In this document: one piece after another, positions 9,810-20,915 of the stretch | Layout: the number at the start of each line of letters is the position of its first letter | Position numbering within the stretch: position 1 is the stretch's first letter | Source of the DNA: Endomicrobium sp. | GTDB taxonomy: Bacteria > Elusimicrobiota > Endomicrobiia > Endomicrobiales > Endomicrobiaceae | Length of the DNA stretch: 64,000 nucleotides | Direction of reading: 5' to 3' | Assembly (NCBI GenBank): GCA_031289585.1 | Contig: JAITPF010000006.1 | Coordinates: 7,281-71,280 of the forward strand | Position numbers and translations under genes: made by a program | The notes under the pieces: model-generated | Databases searched by the model: none | Told to the model about the DNA's origin: nothing | Seen by the model: the letters and a program-made list of their open reading frames with translations, nothing else

Positions 9810-11162
9810 ATGTTTCGAAAAAATCAGAATGTACATTTTATAGGTATTGGTGGGTCAGGAATGTCTGGTATAGCTGAAGTTTTAATAAATTTAGGACATT
9901 ATGTTTCAGGTTCTGATTTAAAAAAAACTGACATTACTGAGTATCTCAAGGCGATAGGTGCAAAAATTTACATAGGACATAATGCAAAACATATAAAATC
10001 TGCTGAAGTTGTTGTCACTTCCACAGCAGTAAGCAAAAGCAATCCTGAAGTTGTTGCAGCGTTAAAGAAAAAAATTCCTGTAATTCCGCGCATAGAAATG
10101 CTTGCTGAACTTGCAAGATTGAAATATGCTGTAACAATAGCAGGAACTCATGGCAAAACGACCACTACATCACTTGCCTCTCTTGTTCTTGACGAGGGCG
10201 GGCTTGACCCTACAATTGTTATTGGTGGTAGACTTAAAAATCTTAAAACAAGTGCAAGATTAGGAAGAGGTGATTATATTGTTGCAGAAGCAGATGAGTC
10301 TGATGGTTCTTTTTTAAAACTTTCACCGGTTATTACTGTTGTAACAAATATAGATAATGATCATTTAGATTATTATTGCAATATGGAAAATCTTAAAGAA
10401 GCTTTTGTAAAACATATTAATTGTATTCCGTTTTATGGTGCTGCAATAATTTGTTCAGATAACGAAGTTGTGAAAGAAATAATTCCAAAAATTACAAGAA
10501 AATACATTACTTATGGACTTACGGGCAATCCGGATATTAAAGCTTCAAATATAAAAGTATTAAGAAACTGTACGAGTTTTGATGTTATTTATATGGGTAA
10601 AAAAGTTGGCGATGTTTGTATAAGAATTCCAGGAAAACACAATATATCGAATTCTCTTGCAGCAATAGGCGTTGGATTATGGCTTGGAATACCGTTTAAT
10701 TTAATTGCAAAAGCAATAAATAAATTTGACGGTGTTGGCAGACGTCTTGAAATAAAAGGTGAAAAAAAAGGGGTAACAGTTATTGATGATTACGGTCATC
10801 ATCCAACAGAAGTTGCCGCGACTTTAAAAGCTATAAAGCATTTTTGGCCTAAACGCAGATTGCTTGTTTTGTTTCAACCGCATAGATATACAAGAGCAAA
10901 ACAACTTTTCAATGAATTTGGTAAAAGTTTTTCAGATGCAGATTTAGTAAAAATTTTAGATATTTATTCTGCGGGAGAGCAACCAATAGATGGTGTGAGT
11001 TCAGATTTAATATTGACAAGTCTTGTAAATAATAAATGTAATGTTGAAAAATTTTCAGATTTAGAAAATTTTTCAAAAAGTCTTTCTTCAGGTGATATAG
11101 TATTAACTTTAGGTGCAGGAGACGTTTGGAAGAAAGGAGAAGAGTTATTAACTCTGATTTAA
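9810..11162 (+). CDS. murC: UDP-N-acetylmuramate--L-alanine ligase
   Basis: HFIGIGGSGMSG, GTHGKTTT, EADESDGSF, DDYGHHPTE, FQPHRY. Confidence 0.97.
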   Translation: MFRKNQNVHFIGIGGSGMSGIAEVLINLGHYVSGSDLKKTDITEYLKAIGAKIYIGHNAKHIKSAEVVVTSTAVSKSNPEVVAALKKKIPVIPRIEMLAELARLKYAVTIAGTHGKTTTTSLASLVLDEGGLDPTIVIGGRLKNLKTSARLGRGDYIVAEADESDGSFLKLSPVITVVTNIDNDHLDYYCNMENLKEAFVKHINCIPFYGAAIICSDNEVVKEIIPKITRKYITYGLTGNPDIKASNIKVLRNCTSFDVIYMGKKVGDVCIRIPGKHNISNSLAAIGVGLWLGIPFNLIAKAINKFDGVGRRLEIKGEKKGVTVIDDYGHHPTEVAATLKAIKHFWPKRRLLVLFQPHRYTRAKQLFNEFGKSFSDADLVKILDIYSAGEQPIDGVSSDLILTSLVNNKCNVEKFSDLENFSKSLSSGDIVLTLGAGDVWKKGEELLTLI

Positions 11163-12037
11163 TATTTAAAACTTTATCTGCGTTAGGTTGTAATGTCTTA
11201 AAAGATGAACCTCTTTCAAAACATTGTTCTTTTAAGATTGGTGGAAAAGCTGATTTTTTTATTGCAATTCCAAATGAGCAGGCTCTGCTTACTTTTTTTA
11301 ATAGTGTTTTAGCAAATAATTATTTTATATTGGGGGGGGGAACAAATATTCTTTTTTCTGATGAAGGGTATAAGGGGGTAGTTGTTCATCTTACAGGAAA
11401 CTTTGGTAAAATTTCTATTTTAGGAGACGAAATTTCATGTGGTGGTGGAGCATTGCTTTCAAATGTTTTAAAAACTGCTCTTGAAAATAATTTAAGTGGT
11501 CTTGAATGTGCCGCAGGAATTCCCGGAACAATTGGCGGAGCGGTTTGTGGAAATGCTGGAAATAGAGATAAATGGATCAGTACAGTTGTAAAGAGTATAG
11601 AAGTTTATAAAAATCAAAAGAAAGAGATTATAAATAAAAACAAAGTCCAATTCGGATATAGAGCAAGCAGTCTCGAAAACTGTGTTATTACAAAGGTCAA
11701 TTTTTCCTTGAAAAAGCACACAAGAAATGATAATGATTTACAAGAAGTTTCCGAAAATATACAAAAACGTTTAAAAACGCAGCCTTTAAATATACCTAAT
11801 GCCGGTAGTATATTTAAAAATCCTAATGGATTTAGCGCTGGAAAACTTATTGAAAAAGTCGGTTTAAAAGGAAAACGTATAGGTGGTGCGCAAATCTCTG
11901 AACTTCACGGAAATTTTATAGTAAATACTGATAGTGCTTCTGCAAAAGATGTTTTAGCTCTGATTGACTTAATCAAAGAAAAAGTAGAAGAAAAATTTAA
12001 TATAAATCTTGAAACGGAAATAAAAATAATAAAATGA
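11126..12037 (+). CDS. murB: UDP-N-acetylenolpyruvoylglucosamine reductase
   Basis: GGGTN, GLE..AGIPGTIGGA..NAG, AGSIFKNP, HGNFIVN, LETE; start codon uncertain. Confidence 0.95.
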   Translation: MEERRRVINSDLIFKTLSALGCNVLKDEPLSKHCSFKIGGKADFFIAIPNEQALLTFFNSVLANNYFILGGGTNILFSDEGYKGVVVHLTGNFGKISILGDEISCGGGALLSNVLKTALENNLSGLECAAGIPGTIGGAVCGNAGNRDKWISTVVKSIEVYKNQKKEIINKNKVQFGYRASSLENCVITKVNFSLKKHTRNDNDLQEVSENIQKRLKTQPLNIPNAGSIFKNPNGFSAGKLIEKVGLKGKRIGGAQISELHGNFIVNTDSASAKDVLALIDLIKEKVEEKFNINLETEIKIIK

Positions 12038-12954
12038 CAATCTCTGAAATTTTAGAAAAATTAAATAATAAAAAAATAGGTGTTTTGTATGGTGGACTTT
12101 CAAGTGAAAGAACAATTTCAATTAAGTCCGGAAAAGCTGTTTTAAATGTACTAAAGAAGCTGAAGTTAAATGTATGCGGTATTGATGTGAATAGGAATAT
12201 TGCAGAAGAAATAAAAAAAGAAAAAATAGATATTGCATATATAGTTTTACATGGACCAATGGGCGAAGATGGGGCGATTCAAGGTATGCTTGAAGTAATG
12301 GGTATTCCTTATACTGGTTGTGGTATTTTTTCAAGTGCTGCCTCTATGGATAAGGATATTTCTAAACATTTGTTTAAGTATGTAGGCATTTTGACACCTG
12401 AATGGAAAACTTTAAAGAAATTTGAAGCTGTACCTGAAATAAAAAAGTATCCCGTTATTGTAAAACCTGTATCTCAGGGATCTACAATAGGTGTAACAAT
12501 AGTAAAAAATGATTCGCAGTTTGTTGAAGCTGCAAAAAAAGCGTTTAAATATGATAAAGAAATTATTATTGAGAAATTTATAGATGGTAAAGAAATAACA
12601 GTAGGTGTTTTAAACGGTAAAGCATTACCTCTTGTGGGAATAGTTCCAAAAGGAGGATTTTATGATTTTAAATCTAAATATCAAAAAGGTGGGTCAAAAC
12701 ATATAATTCCTGCAAGAATAAGTAAAAAAGCTTATAAAATGGCGCAAAATAGTGCTGAAAAAGTGTATAAAATTTTTAAATGCAAAGCGATTTGTCGTGT
12801 TGATATGATTGTAGATAAAAATGATAAAGTATGGGTTCTTGAAAATAATACTATTCCTGGAATGACGGAGACTTCTTTAGTTCCAGATGAAGGCAGAGCT
12901 GTTGGGTATAATTTTGAAAATTTAGTTTTAAAGATTATAGAAAGCGCATTATAG
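12034..12954 (+). CDS. ddl: D-alanine--D-alanine ligase
   Basis: GGLSSER, LHGPMGEDG, YDFKSKY, LENNTIPGMT. Confidence 0.96.
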   Translation: MTISEILEKLNNKKIGVLYGGLSSERTISIKSGKAVLNVLKKLKLNVCGIDVNRNIAEEIKKEKIDIAYIVLHGPMGEDGAIQGMLEVMGIPYTGCGIFSSAASMDKDISKHLFKYVGILTPEWKTLKKFEAVPEIKKYPVIVKPVSQGSTIGVTIVKNDSQFVEAAKKAFKYDKEIIIEKFIDGKEITVGVLNGKALPLVGIVPKGGFYDFKSKYQKGGSKHIIPARISKKAYKMAQNSAEKVYKIFKCKAICRVDMIVDKNDKVWVLENNTIPGMTETSLVPDEGRAVGYNFENLVLKIIESAL

Positions 12955-12962
12955 GAAGTTGG

Positions 12963-13769
12963 ATGACAAAAAAAAAGCGCTATGTTTACAGATATGTTTC
13001 TACAGGTAGAGGTTATTTGCGTTCGCGCAAGAGAGGCAGAAAAATTGTCAAATTATTTTTCTGTTTTATATTATTTGTTTTGGTGATTTTTTTTGTTTAT
13101 TTTAGCGGTAAAAGACTTATAGATATTATTTATGAATCTGACAACATGATTGTCAAAGATATAGAGATTGTTGGGACTAAAAATGTTACAAAAGCTGAAA
13201 TAAAAGAACTTCTTCCTTTTAAGATAAGGGATAATCTTTTAAAAATAAATTTATCGGAAGCTGAAAATGAAATAAAAAAATTAAAACCTGAGTTAAAAAA
13301 TATTATAATCAGTCGGCGTTGGCAAAAAGTGAGAATTAAACTTTATGAGAGAACGCCAGAAGCGTTTATAATGTATAATGATGAAATGTTAGGAATAGAT
13401 TTTGACGATAGTTCTTTCCCTTTACGTGGTTTTATGAGTACAATGAAAGTTCCTAAACTTTTTTATAAATCCGCTGACGAAAGAAAGGAACTTTTAAGAT
13501 TCATTAAAAGATTTAAGTCTGTATGCGGTGATTTTCTTGACAATATTTCTGAAATTAAGTTTAGCAATACAGGCGATATAATTTTTGTTATGCATGACAA
13601 TACGGTTGTTTTTTGGGGAATAGATGAAAGACCAGAACATTTGCCACATAAATTTGAAAAGTTTCAAAAAGTTTATGTCGATGCGATGTCTAAATACAAA
13701 CAGTTAAAATATATAGATATGACTCTTTATAGTTCTGGAAGAGCAATTGTAAAACCTATAGTTGACTAG
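12963..13769 (+). CDS. ftsQ: Cell division protein FtsQ/DivIB
   Basis: Basic N-terminus, single TM segment, POTRA-like region, YIDM near C-terminus; position between ddl and ftsA. Confidence 0.85.
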   Translation: MTKKKRYVYRYVSTGRGYLRSRKRGRKIVKLFFCFILFVLVIFFVYFSGKRLIDIIYESDNMIVKDIEIVGTKNVTKAEIKELLPFKIRDNLLKINLSEAENEIKKLKPELKNIIISRRWQKVRIKLYERTPEAFIMYNDEMLGIDFDDSSFPLRGFMSTMKVPKLFYKSADERKELLRFIKRFKSVCGDFLDNISEIKFSNTGDIIFVMHDNTVVFWGIDERPEHLPHKFEKFQKVYVDAMSKYKQLKYIDMTLYSSGRAIVKPIVD

Positions 13770-13783
13770 AGAGGATTTAAACA

Positions 13784-15025
13784 ATGGTAAAACAAGTACT
13801 TACAGCAGGTCTTGATATTGGCAGTAATCAGGTATGTTGTGTTGCTGGGGTGCGTGATGAAGAGGCAAGAGTAGTCAAAGTTTTAAGTGCAGTAGCAGTT
13901 TCGTGTGATGGTATTAAGGCAGGTGCGGTTATTAATATACAGGAAGCGGCATTGTCTATAGGCAAAGCTTTTGAAGAAACTGAAAAAGTTACAGGTAGTC
14001 AGATAGGTAATGTAGTTGTCGCTATGCGAGGCAATTTTATCAAATCAAAAAACTCAAAAGGTGTTGCGAATATAAATTATTCAAACAGAGAAATTACACA
14101 GGAAACTGTAGAAAATGCTTTAGAAAGCGCAAGAAAACAGATAAAAATGGAACCAGATCAAGAAATATTACAAATAGTCCCGCGTGAATATATATTAAAT
14201 CAACAAAGGGGCATACAAAATCCAATTGGTATGGAAGGTACGTATATTGAAGTGGATATACACGTTTTTATAGCTTCAAGCAGTAATATAGGAAATATAA
14301 CAAAAGCTATTAGTTCAGTAGGTATGGGTTATGACGATAGAGTTTATGGTTATTTAGCTGCAAGTGATATTTTAGTTACAAGGGAAGAGAAAGAATTGAG
14401 TTGTCTTGTGGTTGATTTTGGCGGACTTACGACAGGACTTGTTCACTATGTTGATGGTATCATTAGACATACTGATGAAATTCCAGAAGGATCTGATTAT
14501 ATTACAAGAGATATTGGGCATAAATTAAGAGCAACTTATTCTATTTCAAAGGAAATTAAAGAGATGCATGGAGCTGCTTTTATCTATAGTGATTTTAAAA
14601 ATGAAGAATTTGAATACAGAGGTGCAGATGGTAGGAGTACAAGGAAATGCGATAGGGTTGAGCTTGTAAACGGCATAATTACACCGAGAATTGATAGAAT
14701 TTTGTATGAAATAAAAGAAGTTATGGAAAAAAATAGTTACGGGGATGAATTTCTATCTGGCGGAATAATTCTTACTGGAGGTGGTAGTAATCTCTCTGGT
14801 ATTGCTGAAGCATTTGAAAAAGCATTTAACTGTTCTATAAGAATCGGGTCACCAAATCCTGATAAAATTGTAGGGCCAGATAAAATATTATTAAATCCGT
14901 CTTATACTGCGGCTATAGGTGCAATAGCTTCTAATTTTTCCAATTCAAAAGGTTATTTGCAAAAGAAATCATCAGGAAGTGGTGTAGTGTCAAAAATATC
15001 AAGATGGTTTGAGGAAGTTTTTTAA
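13784..15025 (+). CDS. ftsA: Cell division protein FtsA
   Basis: GLDIGS, NPIGMEG, VDFGGLTT, ILTGGGS, C-terminal amphipathic WFEEVF. Confidence 0.95.
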   Translation: MVKQVLTAGLDIGSNQVCCVAGVRDEEARVVKVLSAVAVSCDGIKAGAVINIQEAALSIGKAFEETEKVTGSQIGNVVVAMRGNFIKSKNSKGVANINYSNREITQETVENALESARKQIKMEPDQEILQIVPREYILNQQRGIQNPIGMEGTYIEVDIHVFIASSSNIGNITKAISSVGMGYDDRVYGYLAASDILVTREEKELSCLVVDFGGLTTGLVHYVDGIIRHTDEIPEGSDYITRDIGHKLRATYSISKEIKEMHGAAFIYSDFKNEEFEYRGADGRSTRKCDRVELVNGIITPRIDRILYEIKEVMEKNSYGDEFLSGGIILTGGGSNLSGIAEAFEKAFNCSIRIGSPNPDKIVGPDKILLNPSYTAAIGAIASNFSNSKGYLQKKSSGSGVVSKISRWFEEVF

Positions 15026-16126
15026 ATGAGTGTAAAGATAGTATTACCTACAAAGGAAATGAATGCAGCACAGCCTGCAGTAATTAAAATTTTAGGTGTT
15101 GGTGGTGGTGGATGCAATGCAGTTAACAGAATGATTGCTGCAAATGTTGGTAATGTTGAATTTGTAGCTATTAATACAGACGCGCAGGCGTTGCTTAAAT
15201 CTTCGGCACCAGATATACTTCAAATTGGTGAAAAAATAACAAAGGGTCTTGGCGTTGGAGGAAACCCTGAAGTTGGCAGACGTGCTGCAGAAGAAAGTGC
15301 AGAAGAAATCAGAGGAAGATTTATTGGTGCAGATATGATTTTTGTTGCTGCTGGAATGGGAGGAGGAACAGGCACCGGAGCAGCTCCCATAGTTGCAAAA
15401 CTTGCAAAAGAAGAAGGGATACTTACCATAGGTGTTGTCACGAAACCTTTTGAACATGAAGGCAAAGTAAGGATGACTCAGGCTGAAGATGGAATTAAGA
15501 ATCTTAAAGAGTATACAGACGCTTTAATTGTTATTCCAAACGAAAGGGTTTTTAATGTTATAAATGAAAGGGTAGCTCTCGATGCTTTTTATCAGATTAT
15601 AGATGATGTTTTAAGACAAAGTATTCAAGCAATTACCGATGTTATAACTGTTCCTGGCGAAATCAATAGAGATTTTGCTGACGTGAAAAATATTTTAATT
15701 AATTCAGGTACTGCATTAATAGGAATAGGCGAAAGTACAAGCACGGATGTCAAAGAGGCTGTTAAAAAAGCGGTAACAAGTCCTCTCCTTGACAATTATG
15801 ATATTTCAAAAGCTAAAAAAGCTCTTGTAAACATAACAACAAATTCTAATATTACAGCGTTAACGCTTCAGGAAATATTTAACGATATTAAAAATTATGG
15901 TATTAACGGACATGTTTTTTTTGGACATACTATAGATAACAGACTTGATGATAAAGTTAAAATTACTATTATAGCTACCGGTTTTAATACTGACGATACA
16001 AAAAGCGTAATAGAAAAACAGGAACCACAGCCTGATTTTTTTTCACATAAGGATTTACTTTCAGTTGAAGAAATAGATTCGTCAAAACCGGCATATACAT
16101 ATTGGAAACCAAAGTTTTTAAAATAG
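15026..16126 (+). CDS. ftsZ: Cell division protein FtsZ
   Basis: GVGGGGCNA, NTDAQAL, GMGGGTGTGAAP, NRDFADV. Confidence 0.98.
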   Translation: MSVKIVLPTKEMNAAQPAVIKILGVGGGGCNAVNRMIAANVGNVEFVAINTDAQALLKSSAPDILQIGEKITKGLGVGGNPEVGRRAAEESAEEIRGRFIGADMIFVAAGMGGGTGTGAAPIVAKLAKEEGILTIGVVTKPFEHEGKVRMTQAEDGIKNLKEYTDALIVIPNERVFNVINERVALDAFYQIIDDVLRQSIQAITDVITVPGEINRDFADVKNILINSGTALIGIGESTSTDVKEAVKKAVTSPLLDNYDISKAKKALVNITTNSNITALTLQEIFNDIKNYGINGHVFFGHTIDNRLDDKVKITIIATGFNTDDTKSVIEKQEPQPDFFSHKDLLSVEEIDSSKPAYTYWKPKFLK

Positions 16127-16192
16127 GACGCATCATCTTTAAATCTTCTTAATCACAAAATGTCTAATATGTTATGAACAATTACATAACTA

Positions 16193-16222
16193 TTGACAAA
16201 AATTAATTTAATTTTGTATAAT
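16193..16222 (+). promoter_or_regulatory. groESL sigma70 promoter
   Basis: TTGACA-18 nt-TATAAT. Confidence 0.75.
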
Positions 16223-16248
16223 TAGCAATCGTGGTATAACAGTGCTAA
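16222..16248 (+). promoter_or_regulatory. CIRCE element (HrcA operator)
   Basis: TTAGCAATC-N9-CAGTGCTAA versus consensus TTAGCACTC-N9-GAGTGCTAA, directly upstream of groES. Confidence 0.88.
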
Positions 16249-16291
16249 AGTAAAAAGGCACAAAAAAATGATAAAATAAAGGAGGAGTAAA

Positions 16292-16576
16292 ATGATTAGA
16301 CCATTAGGTGAAAAGATTTTGGTTAAGCCTACAGAAGCCAAAGAAGTAAAAAAAGGCGGTATTATTATTCCTGATACCGCAAAAGAAAAACCTCAAGAAG
16401 GTGAAATTATTGCAGTAGGAACAGGCAAAAAAGCTGATGATGGAAAAGTAATAGCTTTGGATGTAAAAAAAGGTGACAAAGTTCTTTTTGGAAAATATTC
16501 CGGGACTGAGGTTAAAATTGACGATGTAGAATATCTTATAATGTCACAAGACGATATTTTGGGAATAATTGAATAA
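16292..16576 (+). CDS. groES: Co-chaperonin GroES
   Basis: [31 protein letters not shown]. Confidence 0.98.
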   Translation: MIRPLGEKILVKPTEAKEVKKGGIIIPDTAKEKPQEGEIIAVGTGKKADDGKVIALDVKKGDKVLFGKYSGTEVKIDDVEYLIMSQDDILGIIE

Positions 16577-16598
16577 TTATTAAATGAATAATGAATAA

Positions 16599-18242
<1,644 letters not shown>

Positions 18243-18269
18243 TAATAAAGATGTTCATTAAAAAAATAA

Positions 18270-18308
18270 AAAAACAGCCTCCAACTAGAAATTTTGGAGG
18301 CTGTTTTT
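18270..18308 (+). terminator. Intrinsic (probably bidirectional) terminator after groEL
   Basis: AAAAACAGCCTCCAA-loop-TTGGAGGCTGTTTTT. Confidence 0.9.
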
Positions 18309-18344
18309 AGTGTATGTTAAAAGATAATAGACTTCTTACAAACC

Positions 18345-18775
18345 TGACTTGACCGGTTTTTGAAAAAAAAGGCAAAAACACTCATAAAATTCAAAAAAAG
18401 GTTGCCGCATCCGTAAATTTTATCAAAATTTACGGTAAAAAAATAGATATGCAAAGAAAAAATCAAACATCTTTTTCTTATCCTCGCTAAGCTTAAATTC
18501 TATTTGTCTCTTATTCTTATTTTGCCACGCGCTATTACTGTCAACATTTTTTAATTCTTTATTATTAGCTACCTCCTATATGTTCTACTTCTACTCGTTT
18601 TTTCCATTCTTTCTGAATTGTTTTTATTCTCATCTGTCCATCTTTGATTTTTTTCTTTGCATATCTATTTTTTTCATACCCTAAATCCTATCAAAATATA
18701 CATATTGGCGACCACTTTTTCTATTTTTATTTCAATAAATTTCACGACTTTTTCACAACTTGGCGGTTAGACCTA
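18345..18775. repeat. Long imperfect inverted repeat element, probably a degenerate MITE or IS
   Basis: 18437-18467 and 18643-18674 are reverse complements except for one A in a run; weaker homology extends outward; strand-skewed core. Confidence 0.7.
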
Positions 18776-18867
18776 AACTTTATTTAATAAAATAAAATTA
18801 ATCAAAAAGTTTGTTTTCTTGAAAAACTAAAACTGCGTTGTAAACGCAGTAAAAAAAAGAGGAAAAT

Positions 18868-19461
18868 ATGAAAAGCAAATCAAAAATGACAAAAAGCTTA
18901 TTTGTGATTGCAATTGTTATATCTATGACTGTTTCTCTTTATGTGGTTGCATTCAGTGGTAATTTTACTGCAGGATTTTTAAAGGGTGTAATTGATAAGA
19001 TAGACAATAAGAGTACAAAGCAATACATCAAATATGATTGTAAACGTTTTTGTCCACCAGGAACAGGAGTTTGTAACGTGATATGTGGGATAGTAGGCGA
19101 GAAAGAGGCAAAAAAAATGTCAGGGGCGACGGATTGGACTTACACGTCAATCATTGTGAAGGAAGTAGGCATAGAGAGTTGTAAATTATTTTTGCCCCGA
19201 CTTGAGCCATTTTGTGGAATAGTCGGTAGAGGGATGGGCGAATGGTCAAAAAATTTTTCTCATCCTAATGTTAATGTTAATGATTTGTACAAAATAGTTG
19301 TCTCAGAATCTTGTAAGGCTGCAGGTGTCATGGCGGGAACATTGGGTTGCAGGGTATTGTCAGTTGGTCCAGCAATGGCACCAATTTGTGGAATAGGTTT
19401 AGGAATAGTAACTCAATCAATGTGCGAGACAGTTTATGAACATATTTTGTTCCTGCTCTAA
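18868..19461 (+). CDS. Hypothetical secreted or membrane-anchored Cys-rich protein with internal repeats
   Basis: AGAGG RBS, basic then hydrophobic N-terminus, 10 Cys, three C..(F/L)..P...CG(I)VG-like repeats. Confidence 0.7.
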   Translation: MKSKSKMTKSLFVIAIVISMTVSLYVVAFSGNFTAGFLKGVIDKIDNKSTKQYIKYDCKRFCPPGTGVCNVICGIVGEKEAKKMSGATDWTYTSIIVKEVGIESCKLFLPRLEPFCGIVGRGMGEWSKNFSHPNVNVNDLYKIVVSESCKAAGVMAGTLGCRVLSVGPAMAPICGIGLGIVTQSMCETVYEHILFLL

Positions 19462-19675
19462 GTCCAGCTCCAAAACCAATAGTGTCTTCGGGGTGCGGGG
19501 GTGGCGACGGCTTTTCTTGGTAGAACAATAAATAGAATAAACTATTTTAAATAACATGTACTAGGAAACCTTAGCCTTTTAAGACTGAGGCTAAATGGCA
19601 TGGATTGTAAAAGTTACTTTCACATAAGTGGTCTTATTTATGTTTTTCAACATCAGTATATCTGAGTTATATTCT

Positions 19676-19939
19676 TTACCATTCACATAGTGATGTGAAT
19701 TTGCAAAACTTTGATTTTATTTTACTAAGCTCCTCAATTACACATTTAAAACAAATGAGTATCATTATTCCTACTCCACATGTTATGAACATATTTGATA
19801 AGTGATTAGGTCGGTCTATAGTCATTCTTGCTTCTTGAACCAGTGCTTCTTCTTGGATAGGTCTTGCTAATAAATTATTACTACTTGACATCATAATAAC
19901 AAAACTTAAAACAATGAAACAACTCACTAGAATTTTCAT
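19676..19939 (-). CDS. Small hypothetical membrane protein
   Basis: GGGGGAG RBS before ATG at 19939; signal-like N-terminus plus a second hydrophobic segment. Confidence 0.55.
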   Translation of the reverse strand: MKILVSCFIVLSFVIMMSSSNNLLARPIQEEALVQEARMTIDRPNHLSNMFITCGVGIMILICFKCVIEELSKIKSKFCKFTSLCEW

Positions 19940-20042
19940 ATTCACTTTCTCCCCCTTATTCCTCAAATAATTACCCCTTTATCAAAAATATTCCATGCCT
20001 AATAAATTTTGTACCTAACAAAAACTAAAAATTATTATTGTT

Positions 20043-20156
20043 TTAGTTTTTGTGTTGAGAAGCAATTACTAAATCTTTTGCAAGTTCTAGTGCAAAATTT
20101 GTTATTTTCTCACCCGATATCATCCTTGCAATTTCTCCCGACTTTGACAGTTTGAG
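20043..20156 (-). pseudogene. recN: RecN C-terminal remnant
   Basis: Minus strand reads LKLSKSGEIARMISGEKITNFALELAKDLVIASQHKN*, matching the RecN terminal EIARM.sG..IT..Al..A..L motif; no start or upstream body. Confidence 0.7.
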
Positions 20157-20291
20157 GAAAAAATAAATATCAAAAGTAGTTGAAAAATCGGATACTATTG
20201 TTATTTAAAAATAGAAAAATAAATGTAGAAATTGTGCGTGTGGTAAAATGATAAACTCTTTGCTAAAATATAAGAAATTTAATATAAAAAA

Positions 20292-20915
20292 GTGGGATTT
20301 ATGTCTATAAAAATTATAGTTTTTGATATAGGACATGTTATCATTAGATTTGATTTATCAAAATTTATTAAAGCATGTTTAAAAAAGATACCTGAACATA
20401 AAGTAAGCAATTTTAACGATTTGTTTCCTGTATATTCAGACATTGCGTATTCTTATGAAAAAGGGAATATTTCGTCTTTAGATTTTTATAATATAATAGC
20501 TAAAAAAACTGAATATAGAGGAACTTATAGTGAGTTTTCAACTATATGGAATGGTATTTTTGAGCTGATACCAGGGACAATAGAAATTGTTACCGCTTTG
20601 GCACAAAATTATCAACTAGCAGTGTTTTCAAATACAAATGAACTTCATTTTAACTATTTAAAGGATCGTTATGCCGATGTGTTTGGACTTTTTAGTAAAT
20701 TTTTTCTTTCGCATGAAATGCATTTAAGAAAGCCAGAAAATGAAATTTTTAAACAATTGATACAAAATTATGGTATTTTACCATCACAGATATTTTATAC
20801 TGATGATGTAGAAGAAAATATTAGAGTTGCTAAAAGAAATGGAATAAGTGCCCACTTGTTTACAAGTCCGTTAGAGCTTATAAAACAACTGAGGAATCAA
20901 AAGGTAAAAATATGA
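20292..20915 (+). CDS. HAD-family phosphatase (YihX-like)
   Basis: VFDIGHVI, FSNTN, SHEMHLRKP, YTDD. Confidence 0.85.
   Translation: MGFMSIKIIVFDIGHVIIRFDLSKFIKACLKKIPEHKVSNFNDLFPVYSDIAYSYEKGNISSLDFYNIIAKKTEYRGTYSEFSTIWNGIFELIPGTIEIVTALAQNYQLAVFSNTNELHFNYLKDRYADVFGLFSKFFLSHEMHLRKPENEIFKQLIQNYGILPSQIFYTDDVEENIRVAKRNGISAHLFTSPLELIKQLRNQKVKI

Noticed and set aside
15092-15465. Antisense or alternate-frame ORFs inside ftsZ (and similar ones in purL, groEL, ileS, pyrH, ispG and the RM gene)
   Set aside because: Shadow ORFs of well-supported genes, with no independent coding evidence
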